This document shows positions 21,547 to 32,676 of a stretch of DNA of 64,000 bases, piece by piece. Where the stretch lies: assembly GCA_963774265.1 (NCBI GenBank), contig CAVZDU010000008.1:192001-256000 (forward strand). The letters are read 5' to 3'. Numbering within the stretch: position 1 is the first letter of the stretch; each line of letters begins with the position of its first letter. This stretch comes from an uncultured Chloroflexia bacterium. Lineage in GTDB: Bacteria; Chloroflexota; Anaerolineae; CG2-30-64-16. Under the pieces are notes generated by a model. That model did not search any database. It was not told the origin of the DNA and worked only from the letters and a program-made list of their open reading frames with translations. A program made the translations under genes and the position numbers.

Positions 21547-22110
21547 TTACGAAGATGTGCCCGTCGTCGGGGCGGCATCTGGCCTCATCCCGCGGTCACC
21601 CATCCCATGCCGGCCGCCCGGCCCCATCAATCCGAAACCACCGCGTCCGCCATCAACCCATCCCTTTTCAATCCCCAACGTCCACCAATCTGCTTCCTCC
21701 TGCGTCATGTCGCCATCGGTCACTGCCTGTGCGATCTTGTCCTTCATCGTCTGTACACGTGATGCGTTCAACGCATCCTGGATCGTCTCAAGCTCCACAC
21801 CCTGCGCCTCGGCAATCTCGGTCAGGGTCTTGCCGCTGTGCAATTGCTCGAACAGCTCCGTCGGTGTCAAGCCCAACTTCTCCGCCACCAAATCGTAGGT
21901 TGCCGAATCGCCGCCACGCAAACCGAAACTGCGACCAAGACCCTGGTCATCCGGCCCGGTCCTCGAGGTTATGTCCGGCGTGGTTGCCTCGGGCGTCACC
22001 GCGGTCGGGGGTGTGGTCGTCTGTGCAAGGACTGTTCCCACAGTCCCCATGCCCAGAGCAGCCACAACAGCCATCATGGAAAGCGCAAGCGCTAGTTTCT
22101 TGGTGATCAT
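21547..22110 (-). CDS. Secreted hypothetical protein
   Basis: ATG at 22110 after AAGGAG; signal peptide (VLA-Q), helical AEKLGLTPTELFEQLHSGKTLTEIAEAQGV unit, Gly-rich tail. Confidence 0.75.
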   Translation of the reverse strand: MITKKLALALSMMAVVAALGMGTVGTVLAQTTTPPTAVTPEATTPDITSRTGPDDQGLGRSFGLRGGDSATYDLVAEKLGLTPTELFEQLHSGKTLTEIAEAQGVELETIQDALNASRVQTMKDKIAQAVTDGDMTQEEADWWTLGIEKGWVDGGRGGFGLMGPGGRHGMGDRGMRPDAAPTTGTSS

Positions 22111-22286
22111 TCGTTGCTCCTTTGTTGATCTTGCAGGGGACATCGCCCCCTGCAACCGTTACTTTAGCAGGCAGCTATTTAGATGCAATGAAGGCTGAGT
22201 CAGAAGTCTGTTGGATGAAATCTAACGGAAACGAGCATTTCTTTGATGTATCTTTGTATTAATGTGCTATAAGTTACTCAATCTTC

Positions 22287-23387
22287 ATGAAGGAGTTTCG
22301 AATGATATCAGGCAGATTGAACTGGATGCAACGCTATCTTGTGGATGAGTACATCGAGGACTATCAGGAAGGTGCGCTTTCGCGTCGCGAGGCGCTCAAG
22401 TACCTGGCGGCGGTGCTCGGGAGTGCGGCTGCGGCAACGACATTCTTGGCTGGTTGCGCACCGACGCCCAATGCTGCGTCACCAACTGCCGGGGCAGCCG
22501 CTCCCTCGGCCTCACCAATCGCCATGCCGGCTACCGTTATGGCTCCTCTGGCAACCGAAGTCTCGCCGATTCCAACTCCGGAAGAGACACGCTTTCTTGC
22601 AACCGCGACCGTCCTGGCCACCACCGACACCACGCCAACTGCGACCCCGGTGCCGGTGCCACAGGGCGTCAACGTGCCGGCTGATGATCCGGATCTGGAG
22701 GCACGTGACATCATCTTCCCGGGCGATGGCCTCGAGTTGGTGGGCTACCTGGCGCGACCCGCGGGTGATGGTCCATTCCCTGCGATCCTCGTATGCCACG
22801 AAAACCGTGGGCTTACCGATCACATCAAGGATGTGACACGACGGGTGGCGAAAGCCGGCTATGTGGGCTTGGCGGTGGACCTGCTTTCGTCTCAGGGGGG
22901 CACAGCGAAGGTGACAGATGCGGCACAGATCCCTGGCGTCCTGAGCAGCACCTCGCCGGACGAGATGGCTGGCTACTTCCTCAGCGGAATTACCTATCTG
23001 CAGACGCAACCATTCGTGAGCAAAGATCAGTTGGGCATGACAGGCTTCTGTTTTGGCGGTGGCATGACCTGGCTGGTCGCAACCAAGGCATCGCAACTCA
23101 AGGCGGCTGTTCCGTTCTACGGCCCGAACCCGCCGATCGAGGCAGTGCCAAACATCCGCGCAGTAGTGTTGGCGATTTACGGAGGAAACGACGATCGGAT
23201 CAACGCCGGCATTCCCGCAATCGAAGCGGCCATGCAACAAAACGGCAAGGTATTTGAAAAAATGATCTATCCCGGTGCGAACCATGCGTTCCACAACGAC
23301 ACAGGGCGCAACTATAAGCCCGATGCAGCAGTCGACGCGTGGGCGCGTACATTGGCGTGGTTTGGGAAATATGTAAAGGGCATATGA
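22287..23387 (+). CDS. Dienelactone hydrolase-family protein, probable Tat lipoprotein
   Basis: SRREALK, LAGC lipobox, HENRGL, GFCFGG, HAFHND; exact start uncertain. Confidence 0.88.
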   Translation: MKEFRMISGRLNWMQRYLVDEYIEDYQEGALSRREALKYLAAVLGSAAAATTFLAGCAPTPNAASPTAGAAAPSASPIAMPATVMAPLATEVSPIPTPEETRFLATATVLATTDTTPTATPVPVPQGVNVPADDPDLEARDIIFPGDGLELVGYLARPAGDGPFPAILVCHENRGLTDHIKDVTRRVAKAGYVGLAVDLLSSQGGTAKVTDAAQIPGVLSSTSPDEMAGYFLSGITYLQTQPFVSKDQLGMTGFCFGGGMTWLVATKASQLKAAVPFYGPNPPIEAVPNIRAVVLAIYGGNDDRINAGIPAIEAAMQQNGKVFEKMIYPGANHAFHNDTGRNYKPDAAVDAWARTLAWFGKYVKGI

Positions 23388-23447
23388 GAGTTACCATCTA
23401 ATCATGCACGTACCTGGTCGGCGGACATGGTGGTTCGAACAACACCA

Positions 23448-25020
23448 TTACGACAGCGCCACACCGGCCGCATCGGCTGCGGCCTGAACCACCGCGCGCG
23501 AGCGAATCAACTCGACGAGCGCCTCAATATCCGGCGTTGTCTCGCGGTCATGTTCGAGGAATGACACCGTGCGGCGGACTTCTCGGTACGCCGCTGCCGA
23601 ACCGCGCCCCAGCCGGTCCGGCCCATCTTCACGCAGATCAATCGCCTGGGCGGCAGTCATTAACTCGATGGCCAAGACGTGGCGTACGTTCTCCAGGATC
23701 TCCAGCGTGTGCCGTGCAGCGTTTGCGCCCATGCTCACGTGATCTTCCTGGTTGGCGGAAGACGGAATAGAATCGACACTGTCCGGATGGGCGAGGGTCT
23801 TGTTGTCCGAGACCAGTGCGGCCGCAGTGTATTGCACCATCATCAGCCCGCCGTCCAGCCCGCTATTGCGCGCGAGCATGGCGGGCAGCCCGCCGCTCAG
23901 CTCGGGTGTAAGGAGTCGGAAGATGCGGCGCTCGGCGATGTCAGCGACCTCAGCCATCGTGATTCCGAGCAGGTCGAGCCACAAGGCCGGCCCCTGCCCG
24001 TGGAAGTTGCCACCGGAGAGCGCGCGGAACGAACCATCCTTCGTCGGGAAGATCAGCGGATTGTCAGTAACCGCATTAATGGCGGTGGTGAAGCGCTCCC
24101 GTACAAACGCAAGGGCATCAAGCGACGGGCCTAACACCTGGGGTGTGCAGCGGAGACTATATGCATCCTGAACGCGTCCTACAGCGGAGTCGACCAGTCG
24201 ACTCCCTGCAGTCAGTGCGCGAATGTGAGAAGCCACGCTGCGCTGGCCTGGCTGTCCGCTAGCTTCCTGGATATCGGGATCGAACGCGGTGGATAACCCG
24301 GTCAACGCCTCTAATGAGAGCGCGGCGCCAATCTGCGCGTGAGCAAGAAGGTTCTGAGCCTCGTCCACCGCCAAAGCACCGCAGGCAGCCATGAAGTCGA
24401 TGCCGTTGGAGAGCGCCAGCCCCTCCTTCGCCTGGAGCACCGGGCGTTCGATTCCACGCGCGGCGCATAGCTTCCGCGCCATCGAGCAACTCCCCGCCGT
24501 ACCACGCCTGGCCGCTGTAGCCGCCATCGGGCGCGTCCCCATCCCGGGACAGGACGACGGCTATGTGTGCGAGCGGTGCAAGGTCGCCGCTCGCCCCAAG
24601 CGATCCCTTGGCCGGAACAAGGGGCGTCACGCCCGCGTTCAGCATGTCAACGAGCGTCTGCGCGATGAGCGGACGCACGCCAGAATGGCCTCGCGCCAAC
24701 ATGTTCGCACGGATGGTCATCATGGCGCGCACGATCTCTTGCGCCAGAGGCTGGCCGACTCCGACCACGCACAGGACGACGAGGTTGCGGGAGAGTTGCC
24801 GGGCTTCCGCAGGGCTGATCTGGCGGTTGGCGAGTGAGCCGAAGCCTGTGTTGACGCCGTAAATGACGCGGCCTTGCCCCTCTATGGCATCGACCACCCA
24901 CCAGTGGCTGGCATTCATGCGTGCCCGGGCGGGCTCGCTCAATGGCGCGACGGTTGTGCGGTCGCGGGCAATCGCCGCCACCTGCTCGATAGTAAGGCTT
25001 CCGCCGTTCAGTTCGATCAT
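23448..25020 (-). CDS. hutH: Histidine ammonia-lyase (frameshift near 24455)
   Basis: YGVNTGFG and GASGDLAPLAH (MIO ASG) in the 5' frame; KEGLAL, QDAYSLRC, DNP, GGNFHG and QEDHVSMG in the 3' frame. Confidence 0.92.
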
Positions 25021-25027
25021 ATGCACC

Positions 25028-26278
25028 TCATTTCTGATCACGTTTGAGCACGCGGCCACGCTTGATCATGCGCTCGACTGCGTTGCTCCCCAGTCGATAA
25101 ATCACGTCCTCGAACGTGGGCAGCCGCCAAATTTGCAGGTCGGCCACCTGACCCGGCACGATCGTTCCGCGATCGGTCAGCCCGAGGCTCCGCGCGCCGC
25201 CGATGGTCGCGGCGAGCAGCGCCTCTTCGGGTGAGAAGCGATACAACCGGCATGCGAGCTGCATGACGAACTGCATCGACTCGACCCAGCATCCGGGACA
25301 CAGGTCGGTTGCAAGAGCCAGCGTCACGCCCTCAGCCAGGAGCATACGCGCGTCGAACGGCCTCTGATGTGCCACGGCCCAGTCGAGCGCGGGCATGACG
25401 ACGCCGACCACGCCCTTCGCAGCCAGCGCACGAGCAGCTTGCGGCGTCGTGTAGTTCAGATGATCGGCCGAAACGACGCCCATCTCCGCAGCCAGGAACG
25501 CGCCACCGATGTCCGAGTAAGCATCGGTATGGACCTTCAGGCGCAAACCTGCGTCCCTCGCACACTTCAGAATGCGCCGCGATTCGGTTACGGTGTAGTA
25601 CCCGTCGTCGAGATACACATCACAGAACTCAGCCAGGCCGCGCGCTGCGACCTCGGGGATCATCTCATCGACGATGCTGTCGATATAGCGATCACGCGGC
25701 CTGTCGGGGAGAAAATCGTGTGCGCCGAGGAACGTGTTGACCACGTCGGCCGGACCGGCGCGGTTCAGCATCCGGCCCACCTCGAGCATCCGCAGTTCAT
25801 CCGCCGTAGTGAGCCCATAGCCGCTTTTCACTTCAACTGTGGTCGTGCCACTCCAGAACATGCCATTCAGCCGCGCCCGTGCGCTTTCAAAAAGCTCGTC
25901 CGCCGATGCGGCTCGGGTCATGGCAACTGTCGCAAGGATGCCGACGGGGATGCCTAGGTCTCGCACTTCAGCCGGGGTGCGCGTCATGCGCGCCGCGTAT
26001 TCCTGCACGCGCGAGCCGCCAAAAATAAGATGGGTGTGGCTGTCAACGAATCCGGGTGCGACGACACAGCCCCTCGCGTCCACGCACTCGGCGGTGGTGA
26101 GGTCGACCGAGCGCTCCACCGCGACGCGCGTTCCCGCAGCAAGGATCCGGTCGCCTGCGATGGCAATCGCGCCGTCCGATATACGGCCAATAAGGTCGCC
26201 GCCGCGGCTGACGCAGGTCAGGATGAGCCCACCCTGGACAAGCAGGTCGGCCCGCCGGCCGGGCGTTTGTTGGGTCAA
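25028..26278 (-). CDS. hutI: Imidazolonepropionase
   Basis: TTG start after AGGAG; PGFVDSHTH, GTTTVEVKSGYG, FLGAH, ADHL, ALATDLCPG. Confidence 0.92.
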   Translation of the reverse strand: MTQQTPGRRADLLVQGGLILTCVSRGGDLIGRISDGAIAIAGDRILAAGTRVAVERSVDLTTAECVDARGCVVAPGFVDSHTHLIFGGSRVQEYAARMTRTPAEVRDLGIPVGILATVAMTRAASADELFESARARLNGMFWSGTTTVEVKSGYGLTTADELRMLEVGRMLNRAGPADVVNTFLGAHDFLPDRPRDRYIDSIVDEMIPEVAARGLAEFCDVYLDDGYYTVTESRRILKCARDAGLRLKVHTDAYSDIGGAFLAAEMGVVSADHLNYTTPQAARALAAKGVVGVVMPALDWAVAHQRPFDARMLLAEGVTLALATDLCPGCWVESMQFVMQLACRLYRFSPEEALLAATIGGARSLGLTDRGTIVPGQVADLQIWRLPTFEDVIYRLGSNAVERMIKRGRVLKRDQK

Positions 26279-26353
26279 TTTGCAGCTCCTGCGAGTATGC
26301 TTCGCGCCTCGCCTGCACTCCGTAGAGGCTAGGCGCGAAGGCCACACTCTCGA

Positions 26354-28082
26354 CTAGCCCCGCGTATGTGCGGCCCGGCGATCGACAGTCCCGTCCTCCG
26401 GCCCAAAGGTGGCGGTGGGGCTCCACCAGAGCGGCACCTGGATGCTGTCCTGCGTCAGCGGCCCCTTGCCCTGGGCAACCTGTCGGGCCATCGGGTAGCC
26501 GGCCTGGGCGTGGCGGATGACGCCGATGCCGGAGTCGGTGGTCAGGGAGGCCTCCAGGCGCAGGTCGGCCTCCTCGCTGCCGTCCGCGATCATGGTGACG
26601 CCGGTGTGCACCGCCTCGCCCATCGAGTAGTTCGCCTGGATCGCGATCAGGTCGCCCATCGCCGCAGTGTTCAGCAGCGCGTTCAGGTACGGCCAGTCGG
26701 AGATCAGGTCGCCGCCGTCGAGCATCTTCTCGGACTCGAAGGTCGGGTTGACGATGGAGCCGGAGTCCAGGTTGTCGCGGGAGAAGCCGACGGGACCCTT
26801 GACCTCGCCCTCGCGGATCAGCCGGTTGACCGCCAGGCCGAACGCCTTGCGCTCGCCGAAGCCCAGGTAGCAGACCCGCGCGGGCAGCCCCTCGATGGGC
26901 AGCGCCTTGCGCGCCAGCTTGATCCACTTCACGGTCGTCGCGTCGTGCGGGAACATCTCCAGGACGAGGTCGTCCAGCCGGGCCAGGTCGCTCGCCTCGC
27001 CCGAGAGGCAGGTCCAGCGGAATGGGCCGCGGCCCATGAGGAACAAGGGCGGATGTACGCGGCGACGAAGCCGGGGATCCTCATCGCCTCTTCTTCCGGC
27101 ATGCCCGCGTCGCGACATTCCTTGCGGATGCTGGTGCCGTACTCGAACACCTGCACCCCGGCCGCGCTGAAGCCGATCATCGCGGTGAGCTGCCGCTTCA
27201 TCGAGTCCGCGCTTCCTCCAGGTACGCCACGCGGTCGCGCGGCGCGCAGCCTCCGCGACTGCCACGGTGTGGCCGGCCGCGATGTAGGAGATCGGGTCGT
27301 GGCACGGGCACATCTCGGTGACGATGTCCGGCCTCCAGCCCAGCTCCAGCGCGCGCGGGAACAGCTCGGCCGCGTTGCCGTGCAGACCGATGCCGAGGCT
27401 GCGGCCCTCGGCCTTGGCCTTCTCCGCCAGCGCGATGCCCTCGTCCAGCGAGCCCACCTGCACGTCCAGGAACTTCTTGCTGAATGCGGATGGGGATGAT
27501 GTCCGGGTTGGCATCCACCACCAGGCAGACGCCGCCGTGCATCGTCATGGCGCGCGGCTGGTTCGCGCCCATGCCGCCCAGGCCGGCGGTGAAGAGGATG
27601 CGACCGACCAGCGAGCCGCCGAAGTGCTGCTCGCCGATCGCGCCCAGCGTCTCGAAGGTGCCCTGGATCACGCCCTGCGTGCCGATGTACTCCCACGGGC
27701 CGGCGGTGTACTGCGCGAACATCGTGAGGTTCTTGTCCTGCAGATCGTAGAAGATGGGCCAGGTCGCCTTCATGATGTTGGTGTTGGCCATCACCACGCG
27801 CGGCGCCAGCCGGTGCGTCTTGAAGATCGCGACCGGCATGCCCGACTGGATGGCCAGCGTCTCGTCGTTCTCCAGGTTCAGCAGCGCATCGACGATGGCG
27901 TGGTACGATTCCCAGTTGCGCGCGCACTTGCCGATGCCGCCGTAGATGACGAGCCGCTCCGGCCGCTCGGCGTTCTCCATGTTGTTTTCGAGCATGCGCA
28001 GCAGCGATTCCTGCTTCCAGCCCTTGCAGCGCAGCGTCGGGCCGCGCTGGGCCTTGACCGAGTAGAGGATTTCGTTCTTCAC
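26354..28082 (-). CDS. hutU: Urocanate hydratase (about four frameshifts, 27050-27480)
   Basis: GTG start at 28082 after AAGGAG; LRCKGWKQE, YGGIGKCARNW, YIGTQGVIQGT, GLGGMG, GRGPFRW, GLPARVCY, RDNLDSG spread over three frames. Confidence 0.92.
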
Positions 28083-29011
28083 TTGTGGTGCTCCTTCAAA
28101 TGCCGCAAGAATCCTGGTCGCATCAAGCGGGCGAGCTCGATGATCTGTTCGGTCGAAAAGTCGTGCACCTGCAGGTAGTACCGGGCGACCTCTTCCAGCA
28201 CGCCCAGCGGCACGGGGCCGACCAGCTCGGCGCCCGCGATCGTCACGCCATACCGCGCCGCCTCGGGTCGGATGGTCTCCAGCACGCGCGGGATCGGGGT
28301 CTTGGTATAGTTGATCAGGTTCATCGACACCTGCACCAGGCCCTTGTCCTCCAGCGCCAGCCCCATCGCGCGGACGTAGCGGAAGCCGCCGCTGACGTGA
28401 CGCACGGCCTTGGCGATGTGGTCGGCGATGCTGACATCTGTCGTCCGCAGGTTGACGTTGAAGGCGACCAGCGGGAAGCGAGCGCCGGTCACAGTGCGCC
28501 GGATTTGGCGTTGAAGACCGCCGGACCCTCGTCGGGCGCCCACTCCGGCCGCGCCAGCTTAGCCGGGAGCGCCTCGTATTCGCCCTTGCGGATGTCGGGC
28601 AAGCTCTTTCGCTCGGGGCGGGTCGCGGCGTCCTCGTAGTAGTAGACCGGCACATCCAGTTCGCCAACAAAACGTCCGAAACGCCGGCCAATCTCGACAG
28701 CCTCCGCGGTCTCCACGCCGCGCACAGGGATGAAAGCGGCGACGTCGACCGCACCCTGGCGTGGGTGGCTGCCATGATGTTGGGCCATGTCAATCAGCTC
28801 GAAGGCTTTCACGGCCAGCCGCTTCGTCGCTTCGAGCACGTCCTCCGGTTCGCCCAGGTACGTAAAGACTGAACGGTTGTGATCGGGGTCGCTGGAATAG
28901 TCGATGAGCCGTACGCCCGGGATCGGCGCGAACCTCAGCGGCCACTTGCTCGACGACCGCCAGATCTCGACCCTCGCTGATGTTCGGCTCGCACAGGATG
29001 ATCTTACGCAT
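28079..29011 (-). CDS. ftcd: Glutamate formimidoyltransferase (FTCD N-terminal domain; frameshifts near 28925 and 28495)
   Basis: CEPNISEGRD, DPDHNRSV, HPRQGAVDV, GARFPLVAFNVNL, QVSMNL. Confidence 0.9.
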
Positions 29012-29023
29012 GGTCAATTCCTT

Positions 29024-29617
29024 TCACGGGCGGCGCGATGCGGGTCCGAGCGACGCAGCACGCGTGCGGATGTCTCCGGCAACGACTTCGTCCTTGATGC
29101 CCGGCAGATTGATGTCGACGTTGGCAAGGCAGCCCAGCAGGCCCGCACGGGCAAGATAACCGGCGCTCTGGAGATCTGAGAGTGCGCGCGGGTTCGAGCG
29201 ACCCTCCAACTGCGCAACCAGGGTCACTACCGCAGCGCAGCGCTCCGCATTATACAGGGGTACGCGGGTGGCATAGACGGTGGCCTCCTGGACTGCAACG
29301 CGCCGGGCATCTTTCTCTACGTCCGTGGCCTTTGGCAGGCGGAATGCGGCCATGACTGCGTCAAAGGATCGAGCATCCTCCTCAGCGCCGGCCAAGAGCG
29401 CCTCGCGCAACTCACCAGCAGCTTGGGCGATCCCCTGGTAGAAGGTTTCCGGCTCCGCTGCGTTGGGGCCAACAGAAAGCCGCGCGACCATAGCAACCAG
29501 GGCTGCCGCCATCGCACCCGCGACAGCAGACGCCGTGCCGCCGCCGGTCGAGTTGTCGAGGGGATCAAGCACCCGGTGAAAAGCCGCCATTTGCTCATCG
29601 GTGATAACGTTGGTCAA
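29024..29617 (-). CDS. Formiminotetrahydrofolate cyclodeaminase (FTCD C-terminal domain)
   Basis: TTG start after AGGAGG; GGGTASA, MVARLS, DARSFDAVMAAFRLPK, SDL, NVDINL. Confidence 0.88.
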   Translation of the reverse strand: MTNVITDEQMAAFHRVLDPLDNSTGGGTASAVAGAMAAALVAMVARLSVGPNAAEPETFYQGIAQAAGELREALLAGAEEDARSFDAVMAAFRLPKATDVEKDARRVAVQEATVYATRVPLYNAERCAAVVTLVAQLEGRSNPRALSDLQSAGYLARAGLLGCLANVDINLPGIKDEVVAGDIRTRAASLGPASRRP

Positions 29618-29636
29618 GTGAGTCCTCCTGGAATGA

Positions 29637-30362
29637 TCATTCTTGAGGGGAATCAGTCGCGTCGACGCAAACGGCCAGCGCATACTGTTGACGGTAGAGG
29701 CCGCGATACCAGACCGCGGGCCGATGGGGTGCAGTGTAGGTCAAACGGGAGATCACAATCGCAGGGGTGTTTGGTGCGACCTGGAGCAGCGCGGCATCCT
29801 CCTCATCCAGCATCTGCGCCTCGATCTCCACGACCGCGCGCAGGAGGGGCAGCTCCGAGCGGGTGACCAGGATATCGTGGATGGAAGACTGAGTCAAATC
29901 CTCGTCGAGGAGCTCCGGGCAGAGCGATCGCGGCAAGTAGCGCTCGGAATATCCCTCTACAGCATCGCCCGCCAATCGGAGCCGTGCAATGTGTATGAGG
30001 GGTTCGCCCAACGGCAACGCAAGTCGCTCGGCGATAGTCATCGAGGCAGGGATGGTTTCCTTGGTGATCACACGAAAAGTGACAGGAAGGCCGCCGTTTG
30101 AATCGGTGAAACGAAACGGCAGCGCATGCGGGTGCCCCGCGCTGACGAACGAGCCGCTCCCCTGCACCGTGTAGATCAAGCCTTCTGCGCCCAGTTGCTC
30201 GATGGCACGTCGCACAGTTCCCCGCGCCAGGCCGTAGGTCTGCATCAGGTCATCTTCAGTGGGAAGCCGCGTGTTTGGCGGCAACTCGCCCGCCAGAATG
30301 CGCGTGCGCAGAAGCTGAAGCAGTTGACGATATTTGGGAAGAGCACCAGACGTCAGTTTCAT
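29637..30362 (-). CDS. hutC: GntR/HutC-family regulator with UTRA domain
   Basis: RLPTE, TVRRA, QGSGSFV wHTH plus UTRA; first gene of the hut operon. Confidence 0.85.
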   Translation of the reverse strand: MKLTSGALPKYRQLLQLLRTRILAGELPPNTRLPTEDDLMQTYGLARGTVRRAIEQLGAEGLIYTVQGSGSFVSAGHPHALPFRFTDSNGGLPVTFRVITKETIPASMTIAERLALPLGEPLIHIARLRLAGDAVEGYSERYLPRSLCPELLDEDLTQSSIHDILVTRSELPLLRAVVEIEAQMLDEEDAALLQVAPNTPAIVISRLTYTAPHRPAVWYRGLYRQQYALAVCVDATDSPQE

Positions 30363-30377
30363 GCACAGATCCGAAAC

Positions 30378-30424
30378 ATATAGTCATCTATATAAATCAT
30401 ATCAAAAGAAGGAAGAAATGTCAA
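30378..30424 (-). promoter_or_regulatory. hut promoter with palindromic operator
   Basis: Minus strand TTGACA(30424)-N17-TATGAT(30401); ATATAG-N4-CTATAT palindrome at 30378-30393 over the predicted start site. Confidence 0.7.
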
Positions 30425-30561
30425 GAGGATTGCCTGAGTGATCTCTGGCCCAGGCTGCCATCATGAGAGCCACTTGACCATCGTGCAAGCAATCTGCTAA
30501 TATCACACATGCCAGTTCGTGCTTACGTCGGGAGAAGGAGATCCGGCAGAAGGGGATTTGG

Positions 30562-31347
30562 ATGCGCAAGCTTCTTCTGAATGGTGTGGTGTTCTTGACT
30601 CTGCTGGCCGCGTGCGGGGGGCAGCCCGCGGCTACCCCTACAGCGACGACCACGCCTGCTGCAGAGACGCTACTCGCCGCGGCGACCACGCCGGCCGCCA
30701 CCGCCACAGCGCGGTCGCCGTTTGCGGCCCCGACGACAGAGACCGACAATATACCAACAGCTACTGGCGAACCGGTCGCCCGATCCACTCTTCCCGCGCC
30801 GGCAACAATCGTGGCAAATGCGGTGGCAATGCCGACTCCTGCGGCCGACCTGCCCATGCCAAGCACGGCGTGTATCCCCGGCGTGCTTACCCCGGCCCAG
30901 ACCGAAGGGCCATATTATTCCGAGAATCCTCCGGAGGATGCGACGCTGTACGAGGAGGGCATGGCGGGTACGCCGATCACGCTCACCGGATACGTGTTCG
31001 ACCAGAACTGCAAGCAGTTGCCCGGCGCGCGCGTGGACTTTTGGCAGGCGGACGCGGCCGGACAATACGATAACCAGGGCTATACGCTGCGCGGCTATCA
31101 ACTCACGGACGGCGAAGGCCGCTATGCGGTGACCACTGTGATTCCGGGCATCTACCCCGGCCGCGCGCGACATATCCACGTGAAGGTCACCGCAGCCAGG
31201 GGACAGACGCTCACGTCACAACTGTACTTCCCCAATGAACCAGGGAATGCCAGCGACCGGATTTTCGATCCGGCAACCCTTGTGAAGATCGAGACAACGG
31301 CGACGGGTCAGGTTGGGTTCTTCAACTTTGTGATCGACGCCCAATAA
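30562..31347 (+). CDS. Intradiol ring-cleavage dioxygenase-like lipoprotein
   Basis: LAAC lipobox, Thr/Pro linker, EGPYY, WQADAAGQY, LRG, YPGRARHIH. Confidence 0.85.
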   Translation: MRKLLLNGVVFLTLLAACGGQPAATPTATTTPAAETLLAAATTPAATATARSPFAAPTTETDNIPTATGEPVARSTLPAPATIVANAVAMPTPAADLPMPSTACIPGVLTPAQTEGPYYSENPPEDATLYEEGMAGTPITLTGYVFDQNCKQLPGARVDFWQADAAGQYDNQGYTLRGYQLTDGEGRYAVTTVIPGIYPGRARHIHVKVTAARGQTLTSQLYFPNEPGNASDRIFDPATLVKIETTATGQVGFFNFVIDAQ

Positions 31348-31489
31348 CTCACTCGCGCCACAGAATCCATTTGTCAGCGTATGGTGCAACTACGACATAC
31401 GGCCATCTTCGCTTATAATCAAGCGCAACGTTAGCCATAACGTGCGAGCACAAGCTTGCACCACCATCACCCCATTACGAGGGCCGAGC

Positions 31490-31957
31490 ATGAGCGACGA
31501 ACCTACCTTCGACATCCAGGCCGCACACCGCTACTTCTCCACGGACTGCTTCAATCGAGCCTGGGATCTTATCGAGAAAGAAGACCGCACCGCTGAAGAA
31601 GAGGACGAGATGCTGAACCTCAGCGTCGCCTCCCTCTGGCACTGGACACAGCGCCCCGACTGTACCTCCAAGGAGCGCTCCCTTGGTTACTGGCAAGTCT
31701 CGCGCATCTATGCAATCACTGGTCGGCCCAAGAACGCCACCTGGTACGCGGAGCGCTGCCTGGAAATATCCGAGGATGCCGAACTACCGCCATTCTACCT
31801 CGGCTACGCGTACGAAGCACTGGCACGCGCCGCCATGGCCGACAAAGAGCGTCGGGCCGCGATGGAATATGTCGTCAAGGCACGCGAGCTCGCCCGACAG
31901 GAGGAAAACGAAGAAGACCGTCAGTTGCTGCTGGATGACCTGGCAACGATCGCGTAA
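31490..31957 (+). CDS. Conserved hypothetical helical protein
   Basis: Protein-like composition (CFNRAWDL, ASLWHW, YAYEALARA); fills the intergenic gap in operon direction. Confidence 0.75.
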   Translation: MSDEPTFDIQAAHRYFSTDCFNRAWDLIEKEDRTAEEEDEMLNLSVASLWHWTQRPDCTSKERSLGYWQVSRIYAITGRPKNATWYAERCLEISEDAELPPFYLGYAYEALARAAMADKERRAAMEYVVKARELARQEENEEDRQLLLDDLATIA

Positions 31958-32010
31958 CGACGCCGCCAGGATATTTGGGCATTCACACATACTCAGCGAG
32001 GAGGCTCAAT

Positions 32011-32652
32011 ATGGATCCCAAGACGACCGCACTGGTCCTGATCGAGTACCAGAACGACTTCACCACGCCTGGCGGAACGCTCCACGACGCGGTCAAAGGT
32101 GTCATGGAGAGCAATAACATGCTCGCCAACACCGTGGAAACGGTCGCAAAAGCGCGTAAACTGGGCGCGACCGTCATCTTCACACCAATTACCTTCACTG
32201 ATGACTACCACGAGCTGTCATCCCAGCCCTACGGCATCCTCAAAGGCGTCGTCGACAGCCGGTCATTCCGGAAGGGCTCTTGGGGTGCGGAGATAATCGA
32301 CGTGCTCAAGCCTCAGCCAGAGGACATCATCATTGAGGGCAAGCGCGGTCTTTGCGGCTTCGCCACCACCAACCTTGATTTCATCCTGCGCAGCCGGGGC
32401 ATTCAGAATGTTGTGCTGGGTGGTTTCCTGACCAATTGCTGCGTGGAATCCACTATGCGGACGGCTTACGAAAAGGGCTACAACGTGATCACCCTCAAGG
32501 ACTGCACCGCAACCTTGAGCGAAGAGGAGCAAAAGATGGCTGTCGAGAAGAACTATCCGATGTTCTCGCGGCCACTGGACCATAATGATTTCCTGGCCGA
32601 GTTGATGGGGGATGTTGCGGTTGAGACCGGGGGTCGGGGGTATGAGGCCTGA
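32011..32652 (+). CDS. Isochorismatase-family cysteine hydrolase
   Basis: TALVLIEYQNDF, GK, GFLTNCCVESTMRTAY. Confidence 0.9.
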   Translation: MDPKTTALVLIEYQNDFTTPGGTLHDAVKGVMESNNMLANTVETVAKARKLGATVIFTPITFTDDYHELSSQPYGILKGVVDSRSFRKGSWGAEIIDVLKPQPEDIIIEGKRGLCGFATTNLDFILRSRGIQNVVLGGFLTNCCVESTMRTAYEKGYNVITLKDCTATLSEEEQKMAVEKNYPMFSRPLDHNDFLAELMGDVAVETGGRGYEA

Positions 32653-32676
32653 TCGATAAGGGCACCTGAAACACAG

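Noticed and set aside
22237-22272. OmpR-type direct repeat (TCTTTG twice at 11-bp spacing)
   Set aside because: Only two short copies in AT-rich promoter DNA; could be chance
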